DNA of 64,000 nucleotides from a bacterium (GCA_043736515.1 JAYTCK010000021.1:3607-67606), one strand, 5' to 3'. Shown: positions 20,589 through 29,385, numbered from the stretch's first letter. Notes: a model not told the origin generated them from the letters alone. Numbers and translations are program-made.

Positions 20589-21107
20589 TTATTCGTCTTC
20601 GTCATCCGACATATTTGCATATATTTCCACCTCTTTTGAAAGTAATTCGAATTCCACTCCCGCATCACGGAGCACTTCCTTGCTCCGTGCAGCCGCATGA
20701 TAATCTTTCTTTGCAACCACGCGAATGATACCCGCATTAACGATGAGTTTTGCGCAGGTGTAACAAGGAGTCATGTGTGCATATAATGTCGCACCCTCAA
20801 GTGCGGCACCGATACGCGCAGCCTGAGCGATTACATTTTGCTCCGCATGTGTCGTTCGTACGCAATGTTGCGTCTTCGTCCCGTCTGCGTGGGTCACCGT
20901 ATGGAGCTCATGTGCAAGATCGTCGCATGACGGAAGCCCGGCCGGAGCACCGACATATCCCGTCGCAAGTATGCGCTTGTCGCGCACCGCGACACAACCG
21001 CTGCGTCCCCTATCGCACGTTGCACGAGTTCCCACGACCTCGGCGATCTGCATGAAATATTCATCCCATGTGGGGCGCTTATAGGGAGTATTTTCTTCCG
21101 TCTTCAT
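20589..21107 (-). CDS. dCMP deaminase (ComEB-like)
   Basis: HAEQNVI and PCYTCAKLI zinc-binding motifs. Start trimmed to MKTEENTPY. Confidence 0.8.
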   Translation of the reverse strand: MKTEENTPYKRPTWDEYFMQIAEVVGTRATCDRGRSGCVAVRDKRILATGYVGAPAGLPSCDDLAHELHTVTHADGTKTQHCVRTTHAEQNVIAQAARIGAALEGATLYAHMTPCYTCAKLIVNAGIIRVVAKKDYHAAARSKEVLRDAGVEFELLSKEVEIYANMSDDEDE

Positions 21108-21232
21108 TTGGTCAGTATAGCAAACAAAACGCACTCCTCGTCTGTTGACAAACCACACACCTCAACTGTTATTGACCGAATACGTAGCTGGTGTATCCTA
21201 AAAGGAGGTGTTTTCCTGCTTAAGGAGTTCCC

Positions 21233-21361
21233 ATGAAAACGTTTTTCGCAATCCTGTTTGGTGCCGCTCTTGCCGTATTCTTCCTCGCCCCAAAAGCCTT
21301 TCCCGTGATCGAGAAAAAGCGCCCCCAAAAGCCCTCCCTAAAAATCGTTTCTTCCAAATAA
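21233..21361 (+). CDS. Small hydrophobic protein (42 aa)
   Basis: RBS aaggag 7 nt upstream of the ATG. MKTFFAILFGAALAVFFLAPKAF.. is followed immediately by a strong terminator. Not in the ORF track because it is under 60 aa. Confidence 0.4.
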   Translation: MKTFFAILFGAALAVFFLAPKAFPVIEKKRPQKPSLKIVSSK

Positions 21362-21365
21362 GCAG

Positions 21366-21396
21366 AAACAAAAACAGACCCCCGCGGTCTGTTTTT
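21366..21396. terminator. Bidirectional rho-independent terminator (repeat copy 1)
   Basis: aaaaacagaccc-ccgc-gggtctgttttttt. A near-identical copy lies at 21701..21731. Confidence 0.65.
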
Positions 21397-21461
21397 TTCT
21401 ATCATCATCTAGCCAACCCGGAGAAATAAGGTACTATTACTGAGAGACACCACAAAAAGGA

Positions 21462-21698
21462 ATGAGCGTGAACAAACAAAAGATTCTCGAGACCATTGCA
21501 GAAGCAATCGACAGACTTGAGGCAGAAGGTGAGCACCTTGTCGCCGATATGGATCTCCGTTCCATATCGAATGAACAAATCAGTACAGAGGTCCACCTCC
21601 AAAACGGAGAATTTGTGTACTTTCGTTTCTCTACACGTGCATATATCGACCACCAGAACGAAGGACAAAAAAGAGTCTCGGAATTGTATCGAGACTGA
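21462..21698 (+). CDS. Small acidic hypothetical protein (78 aa)
   Basis: RBS aaagga upstream; ends at the second copy of the terminator repeat. Confidence 0.35.
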   Translation: MSVNKQKILETIAEAIDRLEAEGEHLVADMDLRSISNEQISTEVHLQNGEFVYFRFSTRAYIDHQNEGQKRVSELYRD

Positions 21699-21700
21699 AA

Positions 21701-21731
21701 CAAAAACAGACCCCCACGGTCTGTTTTTTTA
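21701..21731. terminator. Bidirectional rho-independent terminator (repeat copy 2); also terminates rplK
   Basis: aaaaacagaccc-ccac-gggtctgttttttt. Confidence 0.65.
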
Positions 21732-21831
21732 ATTTTGCGTCTTTCTTAAGATGCGCATCATTCTGATGATACTCATCCAGGATGCCCTCTTCGAAGTTGG
21801 GCATCCGTTCAGACTTATAGCGCGCCAAAAA

Positions 21832-22257
21832 TTAATCTTTTACTTTGATGCCCATGGAACGTGCGGTCCCTTCAATAGTCTTCATCGCAGCTTCGATCGA
21901 TGCAGCATTCAAATCAGGCATCTTCTTCTCCGCAATCTGGCGAATCTGATCCTTGGTGATCGCATCCATCTTTTGTGTTCCGGGCTTGTTTGCGCCTTTG
22001 TCCTTTCCAAGTGCCTTGAGAATAAGGCGTGGAACGGGAGATACTTTAGTGACGAACGTATAACTACGATCATCGTATACTGAAATTTCAACAGGGATAA
22101 TGTCGCCCATCATTGACGCTGTCGCGGCATTGAATTTTGTGACGAAATCACCAATGTTGATACCGGCTTGGCCGAGAGCAGGACCTACAGGAGGTGCTGG
22201 TGTCGCCTTCCCTCCAGGAATCTGCAATTTTACTTTTTTAACAACTTGTTTAGCCAT
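21832..22257 (-). CDS. rplK: 50S ribosomal protein L11
   Basis: 141 aa. [35 protein letters not shown] is a canonical L11 N-terminus. Confidence 0.9.
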   Translation of the reverse strand: MAKQVVKKVKLQIPGGKATPAPPVGPALGQAGINIGDFVTKFNAATASMMGDIIPVEISVYDDRSYTFVTKVSPVPRLILKALGKDKGANKPGTQKMDAITKDQIRQIAEKKMPDLNAASIEAAMKTIEGTARSMGIKVKD

Positions 22258-22425
22258 TGTAGTTTGAATTAGAGAGTAGAATCAAGAAAATGCACAATAC
22301 TGGAAAGAGAAGCCGCATCCCTTAGACGCGCATTCCAATGGGATGATACTACTGAAAATCTGCCTTTTTTGCAAGGAAACGAATGTGGGGTAGACTACAA
22401 ATAGAATACTGTCTGGGGAGTAAGC

Positions 22426-22530
22426 ATGCACGCTATTTTTCTTGTGATCATTTATGGAAACGGGATATTCTTCATTCTTTTGCTCCTGGGAATGCTCGGT
22501 GAATTCGTTTACCAGCGCTTGAAATCCTAA
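22426..22530 (+). CDS. Small hydrophobic peptide (34 aa)
   Basis: RBS ggggag upstream. MHAIFLVIIYGNGIFFILLLLGMLGEFVYQRLKS, followed by terminator acacccgagtgggtgt plus a T-run at 22539..22568. Confidence 0.3.
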   Translation: MHAIFLVIIYGNGIFFILLLLGMLGEFVYQRLKS

Positions 22531-22593
22531 TACTGAAGCAAAAAACACCCGAGTGGGTGTTTTTCTTTTGGTCATTATGTTTTGCGCAAATGA

Positions 22594-23034
22594 TCACTTG
22601 TGCCGCTTTGGATCAAATAGAGCAGCAAATTGTACAACACTTGGAAAAGCGTTAAGCTCTTTTGCTTCGAGGGGAGCGACAAAGCGTACTGCGATGCATT
22701 CGTCCGACGGCGTAAAATTGAGATCGCTCACTTTGGTTTCGTAAAGCACGTTCACCATCCAATAACCGGTGACATTACAAAAAGTCGTGAAATATGAGGG
22801 GTTATGTTCCACATTTAACACCTCAAGTCCCATTTCTTCTTTGATCTCACGAATGATCGTTGCGTGCGGGTCTTCCCCGTGGCCAATACCGCCACCAGGA
22901 AGCTCCCATCTACCATCAGCTTCTTGAGTGATGAGAAATTTCGTTCGCGACTCATCGAGTATGAGCGCCTTTGCGCTAACACGATAGAAACTCGGAGGAA
23001 TTTCTTTGGGTAATAGGTTTGTCCCATGAGGCAT
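22594..23034 (-). CDS. NUDIX hydrolase
   Basis: 146 aa. Nudix box GGGIGHGEDPHATIIREIKEEMGLEV. Confidence 0.8.
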   Translation of the reverse strand: MPHGTNLLPKEIPPSFYRVSAKALILDESRTKFLITQEADGRWELPGGGIGHGEDPHATIIREIKEEMGLEVLNVEHNPSYFTTFCNVTGYWMVNVLYETKVSDLNFTPSDECIAVRFVAPLEAKELNAFPSVVQFAALFDPKRHK

Positions 23035-23052
23035 AAAGTTTAAAGATGTGGA

Positions 23053-23613
23053 TTAGATTTTCTTGATTTGGAGGAAGTCCAGCTCTACGGGAGTCTCACG
23101 TCCAAACATCGGGACCATGACTTTTACCCGCCCGCGGTCTTCGTCCACCTCACCAACACGACCTTCAAGTTCTTTGAACGGGCCGTCGGTAATGATGACG
23201 GACTCCCCTACAGCAAGATCGATAGTATGTTTAAGCGTCTTTGAGCCCATGCGGCCAAAGAGTGCATCAATTTCTTTTTGATCGAGAGGCACAGGAACAA
23301 CACCCGCTCCGACGAAGCCCGTCACGCGAGGTGTATTGCGCACGACATACCATGAGTCGGGATCGTACACCATGTTCACCAGTACATATCCGGGATATAC
23401 CTCCTCTTCAACTTCGACGCGCTTGCCGCCCTTCATTTTGATTTTCTTTTCTTTGGGGACGACGACTTCAAAAATTTTATCTTCCATCCCAAGTGACTCG
23501 ATGCGCTGCTTTAAATTCCGAACAACCGCATTCTCGTATCCGGAATAGGTGTGAATCGCATACCACTGACGTGTCGGAGGAACTCCTTGTTGTGTTTCTG
23601 TTTTTTCTTCCAT
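23053..23613 (-). CDS. nusG: Transcription termination/antitermination factor NusG
   Basis: 186 aa. NGN domain WYAIHTYSGYENAV and C-terminal KOW (GESVIITDGPFKELEGRV). Confidence 0.9.
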   Translation of the reverse strand: MEEKTETQQGVPPTRQWYAIHTYSGYENAVVRNLKQRIESLGMEDKIFEVVVPKEKKIKMKGGKRVEVEEEVYPGYVLVNMVYDPDSWYVVRNTPRVTGFVGAGVVPVPLDQKEIDALFGRMGSKTLKHTIDLAVGESVIITDGPFKELEGRVGEVDEDRGRVKVMVPMFGRETPVELDFLQIKKI

Positions 23614-23619
23614 ATTGGT

Positions 23620-23796
23620 TTAGATGAAGCGTTTAAGCACTTGCGCGAGACCAAAATCAAGAATTCCCAAAAAGATTCCGGTTGCGATGGAGATAGCAAC
23701 AACAATGATCGTGTAGTTGATCGTCTGTTTCTTTGTTGGCCAGCTCACATGTCGTAGTTCTGCTTTTGTGTCGCGTAAGTAATCGATGAATTGCAT
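23620..23796 (-). CDS. secE: Preprotein translocase subunit SecE (58 aa)
   Basis: Hand translation: MQFIDYLRDTKAELRHVSWPTKKQTINYTIIVVAISIATGIFLGILDFGLAQVLKRFI. Conserved (V/I)xWP(T/S)xxE motif plus a single TM, aggagg RBS, and position immediately upstream of nusG. Confidence 0.75.
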   Translation of the reverse strand: MQFIDYLRDTKAELRHVSWPTKKQTINYTIIVVAISIATGIFLGILDFGLAQVLKRFI

Positions 23797-23943
23797 AAAA
23801 ATGAATTAATTCCTCCTAAGAAAAAAACCCCCGCGGGTTCTTATTGATAAAGCCAGTATATACCTCTTGCCCTCGAAAGTCAAGCTACAATAACCCAAAG
23901 AAAAAGGCCCCGAAAGTGGGGCCTCTAAAACGAAGAACGAAAA

Positions 23944-24426
23944 TCAGTGACCGCGGCGCGAGCTGGGACGACGATCCCGTTTTGGATTGAGTCGGTCGTA
24001 GCGCTCTACCCCATCGAGGACCAAGTCTGCCCAATCTGCAAGGTAATCGAGGTGTTCCTTGGGGAGACGATCGAAATCGAGCTTCCCAAACAGCACGCAC
24101 GAAGGAAGGAACTGTGGCCTCTCTCCTTTTTGAATTTCATGTGCACGGCGTGCGCACTCGCCATCTACCCAGTTCGAGACCGGAATAACCCGGATGACGC
24201 GCCGGCCGATATCACGCCGAAAGTACGCCTGTACCTCGAAGAAAACACTGTCGTTCGCTTCGCGGTCCACCACGTAGATACCGGGGATACCTTCCCGAGC
24301 GCGCCAGAGGCGACTGTCGGCGACATCTTCCAAAACAACGGGGGTACGGACGCCGGACGAATCCTGCCCCCGTCCATTCACGCGTCCATTCAAACTGACG
24401 AGTCTCACATGTTGAGCTTGTTGCAT
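23944..24426 (-). CDS. Hypothetical protein in a GC-rich island
   Basis: 160-aa ORF in a ~57% GC segment. Minus-strand hairpin terminator (ggcccc-acttt-cggggcc plus T-run) lies just downstream at 23901..23930. Strand assignment uncertain, since plus-strand ORF 23947..24672 overlaps. Confidence 0.3.
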   Translation of the reverse strand: MQQAQHVRLVSLNGRVNGRGQDSSGVRTPVVLEDVADSRLWRAREGIPGIYVVDREANDSVFFEVQAYFRRDIGRRVIRVIPVSNWVDGECARRAHEIQKGERPQFLPSCVLFGKLDFDRLPKEHLDYLADWADLVLDGVERYDRLNPKRDRRPSSRRGH

Positions 24427-24481
24427 TCACTATCTCCTGTGTTGGATTGCACGCCACGTGGTGTCCGTGGCGTGCGGGTTT

Positions 24482-25354
24482 TCAACGTTGCTGACGAGTG
24501 GCGCGAACCGATGCGAGAAACGAATCAACCATATTCACGGCCGAGTTCACTCCAACAGTCGCAAGGTAGCGATCGGGGCTTGCAGGTTTCTCTCCCACGA
24601 CTTCATCATGAAAGACTTCAACGCCACCCTGGAAAAGCCACCCAAAGAGTCCTGCGCCATCGAGGGGCGTGAGTTTCACATGCTCATAGCCTCCCCTTTC
24701 AACAGCAATCGAGAGACCGAAGTCTACTCGCGTTCCTGCTCCCTCCGGTGCTCGGATTTCCATCGTCATTACCGGGCGTACCCCTCTGTTGCGAATTTCT
24801 CGCACCAAGGAAAGCATTTCAACATTCTTGCTTTTCTTGAATAGTCCCAGGGTGACTCTCTCCCACGGAGCGTCCTTGGAGAGCGGCTGCTTTGCTTTCC
24901 ACGTCACCTGTTCAGGTTCGGGGGGAATGAGCGGCGCGACGGTAAACATCGCTGCTCGTGCCTGAGCAGAAGCAACGTGAGCCCGCGAAGCCGTCCGAAA
25001 AGGGCTTCGCCGATCCCCACCGTCGTACACCTTACTTGCCGGTTGAGCACCACCGTCATTCGGAAGTGTTTCCTCAACGACAGGTTCGACGACGACGACA
25101 TCAGTTGCTGCGCTCGAAGGTGCACCGTCTGCCGCCACAACACCGCTTTCGTCGTGAGGTGGTTCTTCTGTCACCGCCCGGACGACGTCGGTCATCGGCG
25201 CGGCTGCTTCTTCCGCGGGAGGCGGGGTGTCGACGGCGACGGGGACCTTGCCCTGAAGCACTTGAAGCCCAGCAAGGGCATGGTTGGGGGCATGGGTTGG
25301 GTCATGGTAGGACTTGTCACCGCCAAGACGGTTCGGTTTGGATTGCGCGTTCAT
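24482..25354 (-). CDS. Hypothetical protein with an Ala/Pro/Val/Glu-rich N-terminal half, GC-rich island
   Basis: 290-aa ORF. Low-complexity first ~150 aa, globular C-terminal ~140 aa. AT-rich promoter-like region upstream (25355..25530). No family recognised. Confidence 0.3.
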   Translation of the reverse strand: MNAQSKPNRLGGDKSYHDPTHAPNHALAGLQVLQGKVPVAVDTPPPAEEAAAPMTDVVRAVTEEPPHDESGVVAADGAPSSAATDVVVVEPVVEETLPNDGGAQPASKVYDGGDRRSPFRTASRAHVASAQARAAMFTVAPLIPPEPEQVTWKAKQPLSKDAPWERVTLGLFKKSKNVEMLSLVREIRNRGVRPVMTMEIRAPEGAGTRVDFGLSIAVERGGYEHVKLTPLDGAGLFGWLFQGGVEVFHDEVVGEKPASPDRYLATVGVNSAVNMVDSFLASVRATRQQR

Positions 25355-25530
25355 GGAATTACTCCTATTGAGTTGAGAGAAAAATTGCGCTGATTCAAAG
25401 TCAAAGAAAGGATATTATACTTCCCTTTCGCCTATAAATAAGCGAGAAAAAAATACGTGATCCATAATTACCTTATCATGCTTATTGAATAAAGTCAATA
25501 GCATTCCATCGCTCTATAAACAACAAAAAA

Positions 25531-25556
25531 ACGCCTTATTGTAAGGCGTTTGAAGG
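25531..25556 (-). terminator. Rho-independent terminator
   Basis: aacgcctta-caa-taaggcgtt followed by a T7 run on the minus strand. Confidence 0.6.
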
Positions 25557-25578
25557 TGCAGAGTGACGTAAATTCATT

Positions 25579-26283
25579 TCAGGAAGAGGTGTCAGTGCCT
25601 CTCATCAACGGTGGAGTGGGTGGGACTGGCATCGCAAGCTCAGTGGGTGGTACATCTAAAACAGGCTTCGTCTTTTGCAACTTCTGGCGGTGCGGAAGTA
25701 ATCGAGTCCACAAAAACATAGCAAGTAACCCAAATGCAATCACCGAAAAGATCAAAAAGGCAACCGCTTTTCTCCAAAAAGCTCCCTCCATTGCGTATTT
25801 CGAAGATAAGTCCTTGTTTATTGCTTCGAGATTCTTTAGTTCACCGTAAAGGCGCGCAGTTCCTTCCGCGTCTGTTGCGTCATTGTCAATAACGAGCCCA
25901 TGATGATCTATTCCACCTGTACTCTCCTCGAGTATGATGCCGGGAATAGACGCGCCCGGAGGGACACGCACAAACACTGGCTCGGCAGGAATATAGACCA
26001 CCTGCGTCTTGGGTACACGCTTCCAGTCCGCTTCGGTGCACTTTCGATCGGTGAGATAACACGCTTCTGTTTCAAGAAACTGCTTGTAGGGGTGCGCGCG
26101 CCGATATTCGGGACTCATCCGAGCATAGTGATTCCACAACCAATTTCCGGGAGACAGTGTGACTTCTCGAACAAGTGTCGCGCTCGTGGGCGTAATCGTT
26201 TGCGCCATCACAGGAGGAGCAAAGAAGACCGTGGCGGCAAGTATCATTGCAAAGAGCGTACAAATCCAGCATCGTAATTTCAT
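25579..26283 (-). CDS. Secreted/membrane-anchored hypothetical protein
   Basis: 234 aa. N-terminal signal peptide (MKLRCWICTLFAMILAATVFFAPPVMAQT), C-terminal TM (AVAFLIFSVIAFGLLAMFLW), and a Pro-rich tail. Confidence 0.5.
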   Translation of the reverse strand: MKLRCWICTLFAMILAATVFFAPPVMAQTITPTSATLVREVTLSPGNWLWNHYARMSPEYRRAHPYKQFLETEACYLTDRKCTEADWKRVPKTQVVYIPAEPVFVRVPPGASIPGIILEESTGGIDHHGLVIDNDATDAEGTARLYGELKNLEAINKDLSSKYAMEGAFWRKAVAFLIFSVIAFGLLAMFLWTRLLPHRQKLQKTKPVLDVPPTELAMPVPPTPPLMRGTDTSS

Positions 26284-26410
26284 GAATTTCTCCTGAACAA
26301 ATTTACGAAAAACAAATCTCTCTCCGATACACTACTCTCTCTTGTTTGTAGTGTCAAAACAAAACCCCACTCATCGAGTGGGGTTTTGTTTTAAAAAACT
26401 TTTTTATTTT

Positions 26411-27247
26411 TTAACGAATTTCATACACGATAGTCACACTTGAAGAAAAGCTATTTTCTCCAACAGGAATCTCAGCAGGTGCATTCGCGGCCATTGAATC
26501 AAGCGCCATCTCTTTATCCATACTTGCGCGAGCAAACGGATAATAACTACCGCCTTCACTGAATGAAACGATGCGCACAAGTTCAACACCCAAGTCTTTT
26601 GCAAGCTGCTCTGCTTTTACTTCTGCTTTATCGATTGCCACTTTGCGGGCCTCGTTCTGTTTTGCATCGGGGTATTCTACAGTGAATACGGGGCCGCCTA
26701 TGTTTGTTGCGCCCTTATCGGTAATTCCTCCGAGAATAGCGCCAGTGTCATCAATCTTGCGAACTTTCACTTCAATAGACTGCGTTACCTCGTAGCCGAG
26801 CAGCACCTGCTTTCCCGGAGGCTGGTGACATGGAAAAGTAATGCACATAATCTTGGTTTCCTGCCACTCATGTCTTGGGTTCAAACTATATCCTGCCGTC
26901 TTAATATCTTTCTCTTCAACACCCGACTCTTTGAGAAATACGAGGATTGCTTTTACTTTGTCATCCGTCTGCTTGCGAGCATCCGCTGCCTTCACAGCTT
27001 CCGAAGTAACAGTAAACGAGATAGTCGAAATGTCCGGAGCAGCGAATACTTCACCGTCACCGCTTACGGAGATTGTTGCTTCAGCTTCCTCTCCCCTCCC
27101 GATAAAATCGTATCCCTTGAGCTCCGTCACCGCCATCGAAAGAATGAGTAACGCTCCTGAGAATGCGAGTATTGAAACCGCAGCGATTAACTCCCTTGGG
27201 GGCATAATCCGAATTACTTTTCCCTCGTCATTATTTTCTGTTGCCAT
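26411..27247 (-). CDS. SIMPL/DUF541 domain protein (periplasmic, oxidative-stress-associated family)
   Basis: 278 aa. N-terminal TM/signal anchor and a conserved DUF541-like pattern (GEVFAAPD.., GYEVTQSIEVKV.., EARKVAIDKA). An extended -10 promoter TGgTATAAT sits upstream at about 27290-27300 on the minus strand. Confidence 0.65.
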   Translation of the reverse strand: MATENNDEGKVIRIMPPRELIAAVSILAFSGALLILSMAVTELKGYDFIGRGEEAEATISVSGDGEVFAAPDISTISFTVTSEAVKAADARKQTDDKVKAILVFLKESGVEEKDIKTAGYSLNPRHEWQETKIMCITFPCHQPPGKQVLLGYEVTQSIEVKVRKIDDTGAILGGITDKGATNIGGPVFTVEYPDAKQNEARKVAIDKAEVKAEQLAKDLGVELVRIVSFSEGGSYYPFARASMDKEMALDSMAANAPAEIPVGENSFSSSVTIVYEIR

Positions 27248-27470
27248 AATATATTACTTATACGACTTATTAATATGATTACCTTCACCTATTATACCAG
27301 CAATAACAGTCTTCTCCAGGGTTTTGTGACAATTATCAACTTATGGCGAGGGTGGAATTTGGGATGCAGTCCGAAGTGCTGGACCGTTTCGGATCCGGGG
27401 GCTGTAGTCTCCTACTGCTCCCGAATTCAAATCGGAAAGGACGAGGAGTGCGCCCAAATTACCCCTCGCC

Positions 27471-29267
27471 TTATTTGACCGTCACCGATTTTGCTAAATT
27501 GCGCGGCTTGTCTGGGTCGTTGCCACGGAGTACCGCAAGATGGTACGCAAGGAGCTGGATCGGGATGATGCTCGCGATCGGGCTGGCAACACCAAGATCG
27601 GGGACCTTTATCCATTCATCAAATAATTTACTGTGCTCCGGCGCAATACCGATCACATATGCACCGCGCGAACGGAGCTCCATGGTGTTCGATTCCATAT
27701 CGCGCCTGGTCTCGTCATTGGGAATAAGCGCAATGATTGGTGTTCCCTTTTCAATGAGCGCGATCGGTCCGTGCTTGAGTTCCCCTCCCGGAAAACCTTC
27801 CGCGTGAATATATGATACTTCTTGTATTTTTATCGCTGCTTCTTGTGCCAGTGGTGCATTCAATCCTCGTCCGATGATGTAAATATCGTCGTGTGCATTC
27901 AGTCTCATCGCAATTTGCTTAATCTCATGTGAAAGGTCGGGAGTGAGCCAGGCCTTGATGTCCTTCACAACACCTCGCATGACATGTTTTCCATCCGCAA
28001 GCTTTTTGCCAAGTGCGTATGCAATAAGGATAAGTATGGCGATCTGCGCGGTTGCGGCCTTTGTCGAGGCCACTGCTATCTCGGGACCCGCATTGAGAAA
28101 AAGTGACTTTTGTGACATGCGATCGATCGACGAACCTACAACATTTAATAAGGAGAGGATACGCGCACCTTCTTTATGTGCGATACTTAGCCCTTCAAGC
28201 ACATCTGCCGTTTCTCCGCTTTGAGACACTGCAAAAATGGTGCTTTTTTTGTTAAGGAACTGTCCGTATGCGGCAAACTCCGAACCGACGTAGGTATTTG
28301 CAAGCTTTCCCGCCACACGTGCCGCATAGAGTTCACCAAGTTTCGCCATCTTTGCTGCAGTACCGCATCCGATGAAGAAGAGGTGTTCAGATTCTTTCAT
28401 GAGTCGTGCAAATTCTTCAAGCTTCGCGTCTTCTTGGTGGATTGCCTTATCCAAGGAGAGTGGCTGCTCCATGATCTCCTTTAACATGTAATGCGGATAC
28501 CCTTCTTTGGTCGCACTCGCCTTGTCCCAGGTAATCTCTGTCCATTCATGATCAATCTTTTTTCCTGTCTTAAGGTCACGAATCATAATGGAGTCGGGTA
28601 ATACTTTCATATACTCCTGATCACCGGGGTAAAGCACTGTGCGGGTATGGTCGATAAATGCGGGAACATCGGACGCGAGAAAAAATTCCCGCTTTCCCTT
28701 TCCCACAACAAGCGGTGAGCCATCACGCATCGCAAGAAGATACGGCTCGCCGAGTTTCATCACAACCACAGCGTACCTGCCTTCGAGCATTCTTCCCGTT
28801 TCTACAAAAGCGGCCTCAAAAGTTTTTCCTTCATCCACAATGAAGTAATCGATAAGGTGCGGGATGACTTCGGTGTCGGTTTCGGATAGAAAAATTTTAT
28901 CAACAACAGCACTACCGAGTTTTCCACGTAAAAAATTCCTGATCTCTTCGTGATTTTCTACGATGCCGTTGTGAATCACGGCGATCGTACGCGATCGATT
29001 AAAGTGGGGGTGCGCATTTGCCTCTGTTACTCCTCCGTGCGTCGCCCACCGCGAGTGGCCAATGGCCATTTTGCCCATGATTCCTTCAAGGTCCTTTTTT
29101 GCTGCAAGTGATATCTTACCGACAGCTTTTGTAGCAAACAGAGCTCCATTTTGTTCTGCCGCAATACCCCACGAATCGTATCCGCGGTATTCGAGTTCAC
29201 AAAGCGCCTTATTGACCATAAGCGCAATCTCTTTGTTTGTTTCACCAATGTAGCCAAATATTCCACA
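27471..29267 (-). CDS. glmS: Glutamine--fructose-6-phosphate aminotransferase
   Basis: Begins MCGIFGYIG (Cys2 nucleophile) with two SIS domains. Start trimmed from the track to the ATG of MCGI. Confidence 0.9.
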   Translation of the reverse strand, partial: CGIFGYIGETNKEIALMVNKALCELEYRGYDSWGIAAEQNGALFATKAVGKISLAAKKDLEGIMGKMAIGHSRWATHGGVTEANAHPHFNRSRTIAVIHNGIVENHEEIRNFLRGKLGSAVVDKIFLSETDTEVIPHLIDYFIVDEGKTFEAAFVETGRMLEGRYAVVVMKLGEPYLLAMRDGSPLVVGKGKREFFLASDVPAFIDHTRTVLYPGDQEYMKVLPDSIMIRDLKTGKKIDHEWTEITWDKASATKEGYPHYMLKEIMEQPLSLDKAIHQEDAKLEEFARLMKESEHLFFIGCGTAAKMAKLGELYAARVAGKLANTYVGSEFAAYGQFLNKKSTIFAVSQSGETADVLEGLSIAHKEGARILSLLNVVGSSIDRMSQKSLFLNAGPEIAVASTKAATAQIAILILIAYALGKKLADGKHVMRGVVKDIKAWLTPDLSHEIKQIAMRLNAHDDIYIIGRGLNAPLAQEAAIKIQEVSYIHAEGFPGGELKHGPIALIEKGTPIIALIPNDETRRDMESNTMELRSRGAYVIGIAPEHSKLFDEWIKVPDLGVASPIASIIPIQLLAYHLAVLRGNDPDKPRNLAKSVTVK

Positions 29268-29357
29268 CATAAGTTGGGGAGAAGAAATTAGGGAGTAGAA
29301 AAAATACAAATGCTCATGTCATTATTTATAACATGCGTTCTCTTCGAATGTCGCATA

Positions 29358-29385
29358 TTGACAAACAAGTGTCACTCCGTAGAAT
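29358..29385 (+). promoter_or_regulatory. Sigma70-like promoter for the small Cys-rich gene
   Basis: TTGACA (29358-63), 16-nt spacer, TAGAAT (29380-85), about 36 nt upstream of the ATG at 29422. Confidence 0.4.

Noticed and set aside
22282-22575. 97-aa minus-strand ORF between NUDIX and rplK
   Set aside because: It overlaps a plus-strand 34-aa peptide gene that has a good RBS and terminator. The 97-aa product is low-complexity with no motif and most likely represents the rplK leader region.
23800-23945. tRNA-Trp expected upstream of secE
   Set aside because: No acceptor stem or T-loop pattern is present on either strand. The region contains promoter and terminator hairpins only.
23947-24672. 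241-aa plus-strand ORF in the GC-rich island
   Set aside because: High GC inflates ORF length on both strands. The minus-strand pair tiles the island and has a downstream minus-strand terminator. I cannot fully exclude the plus ORF.
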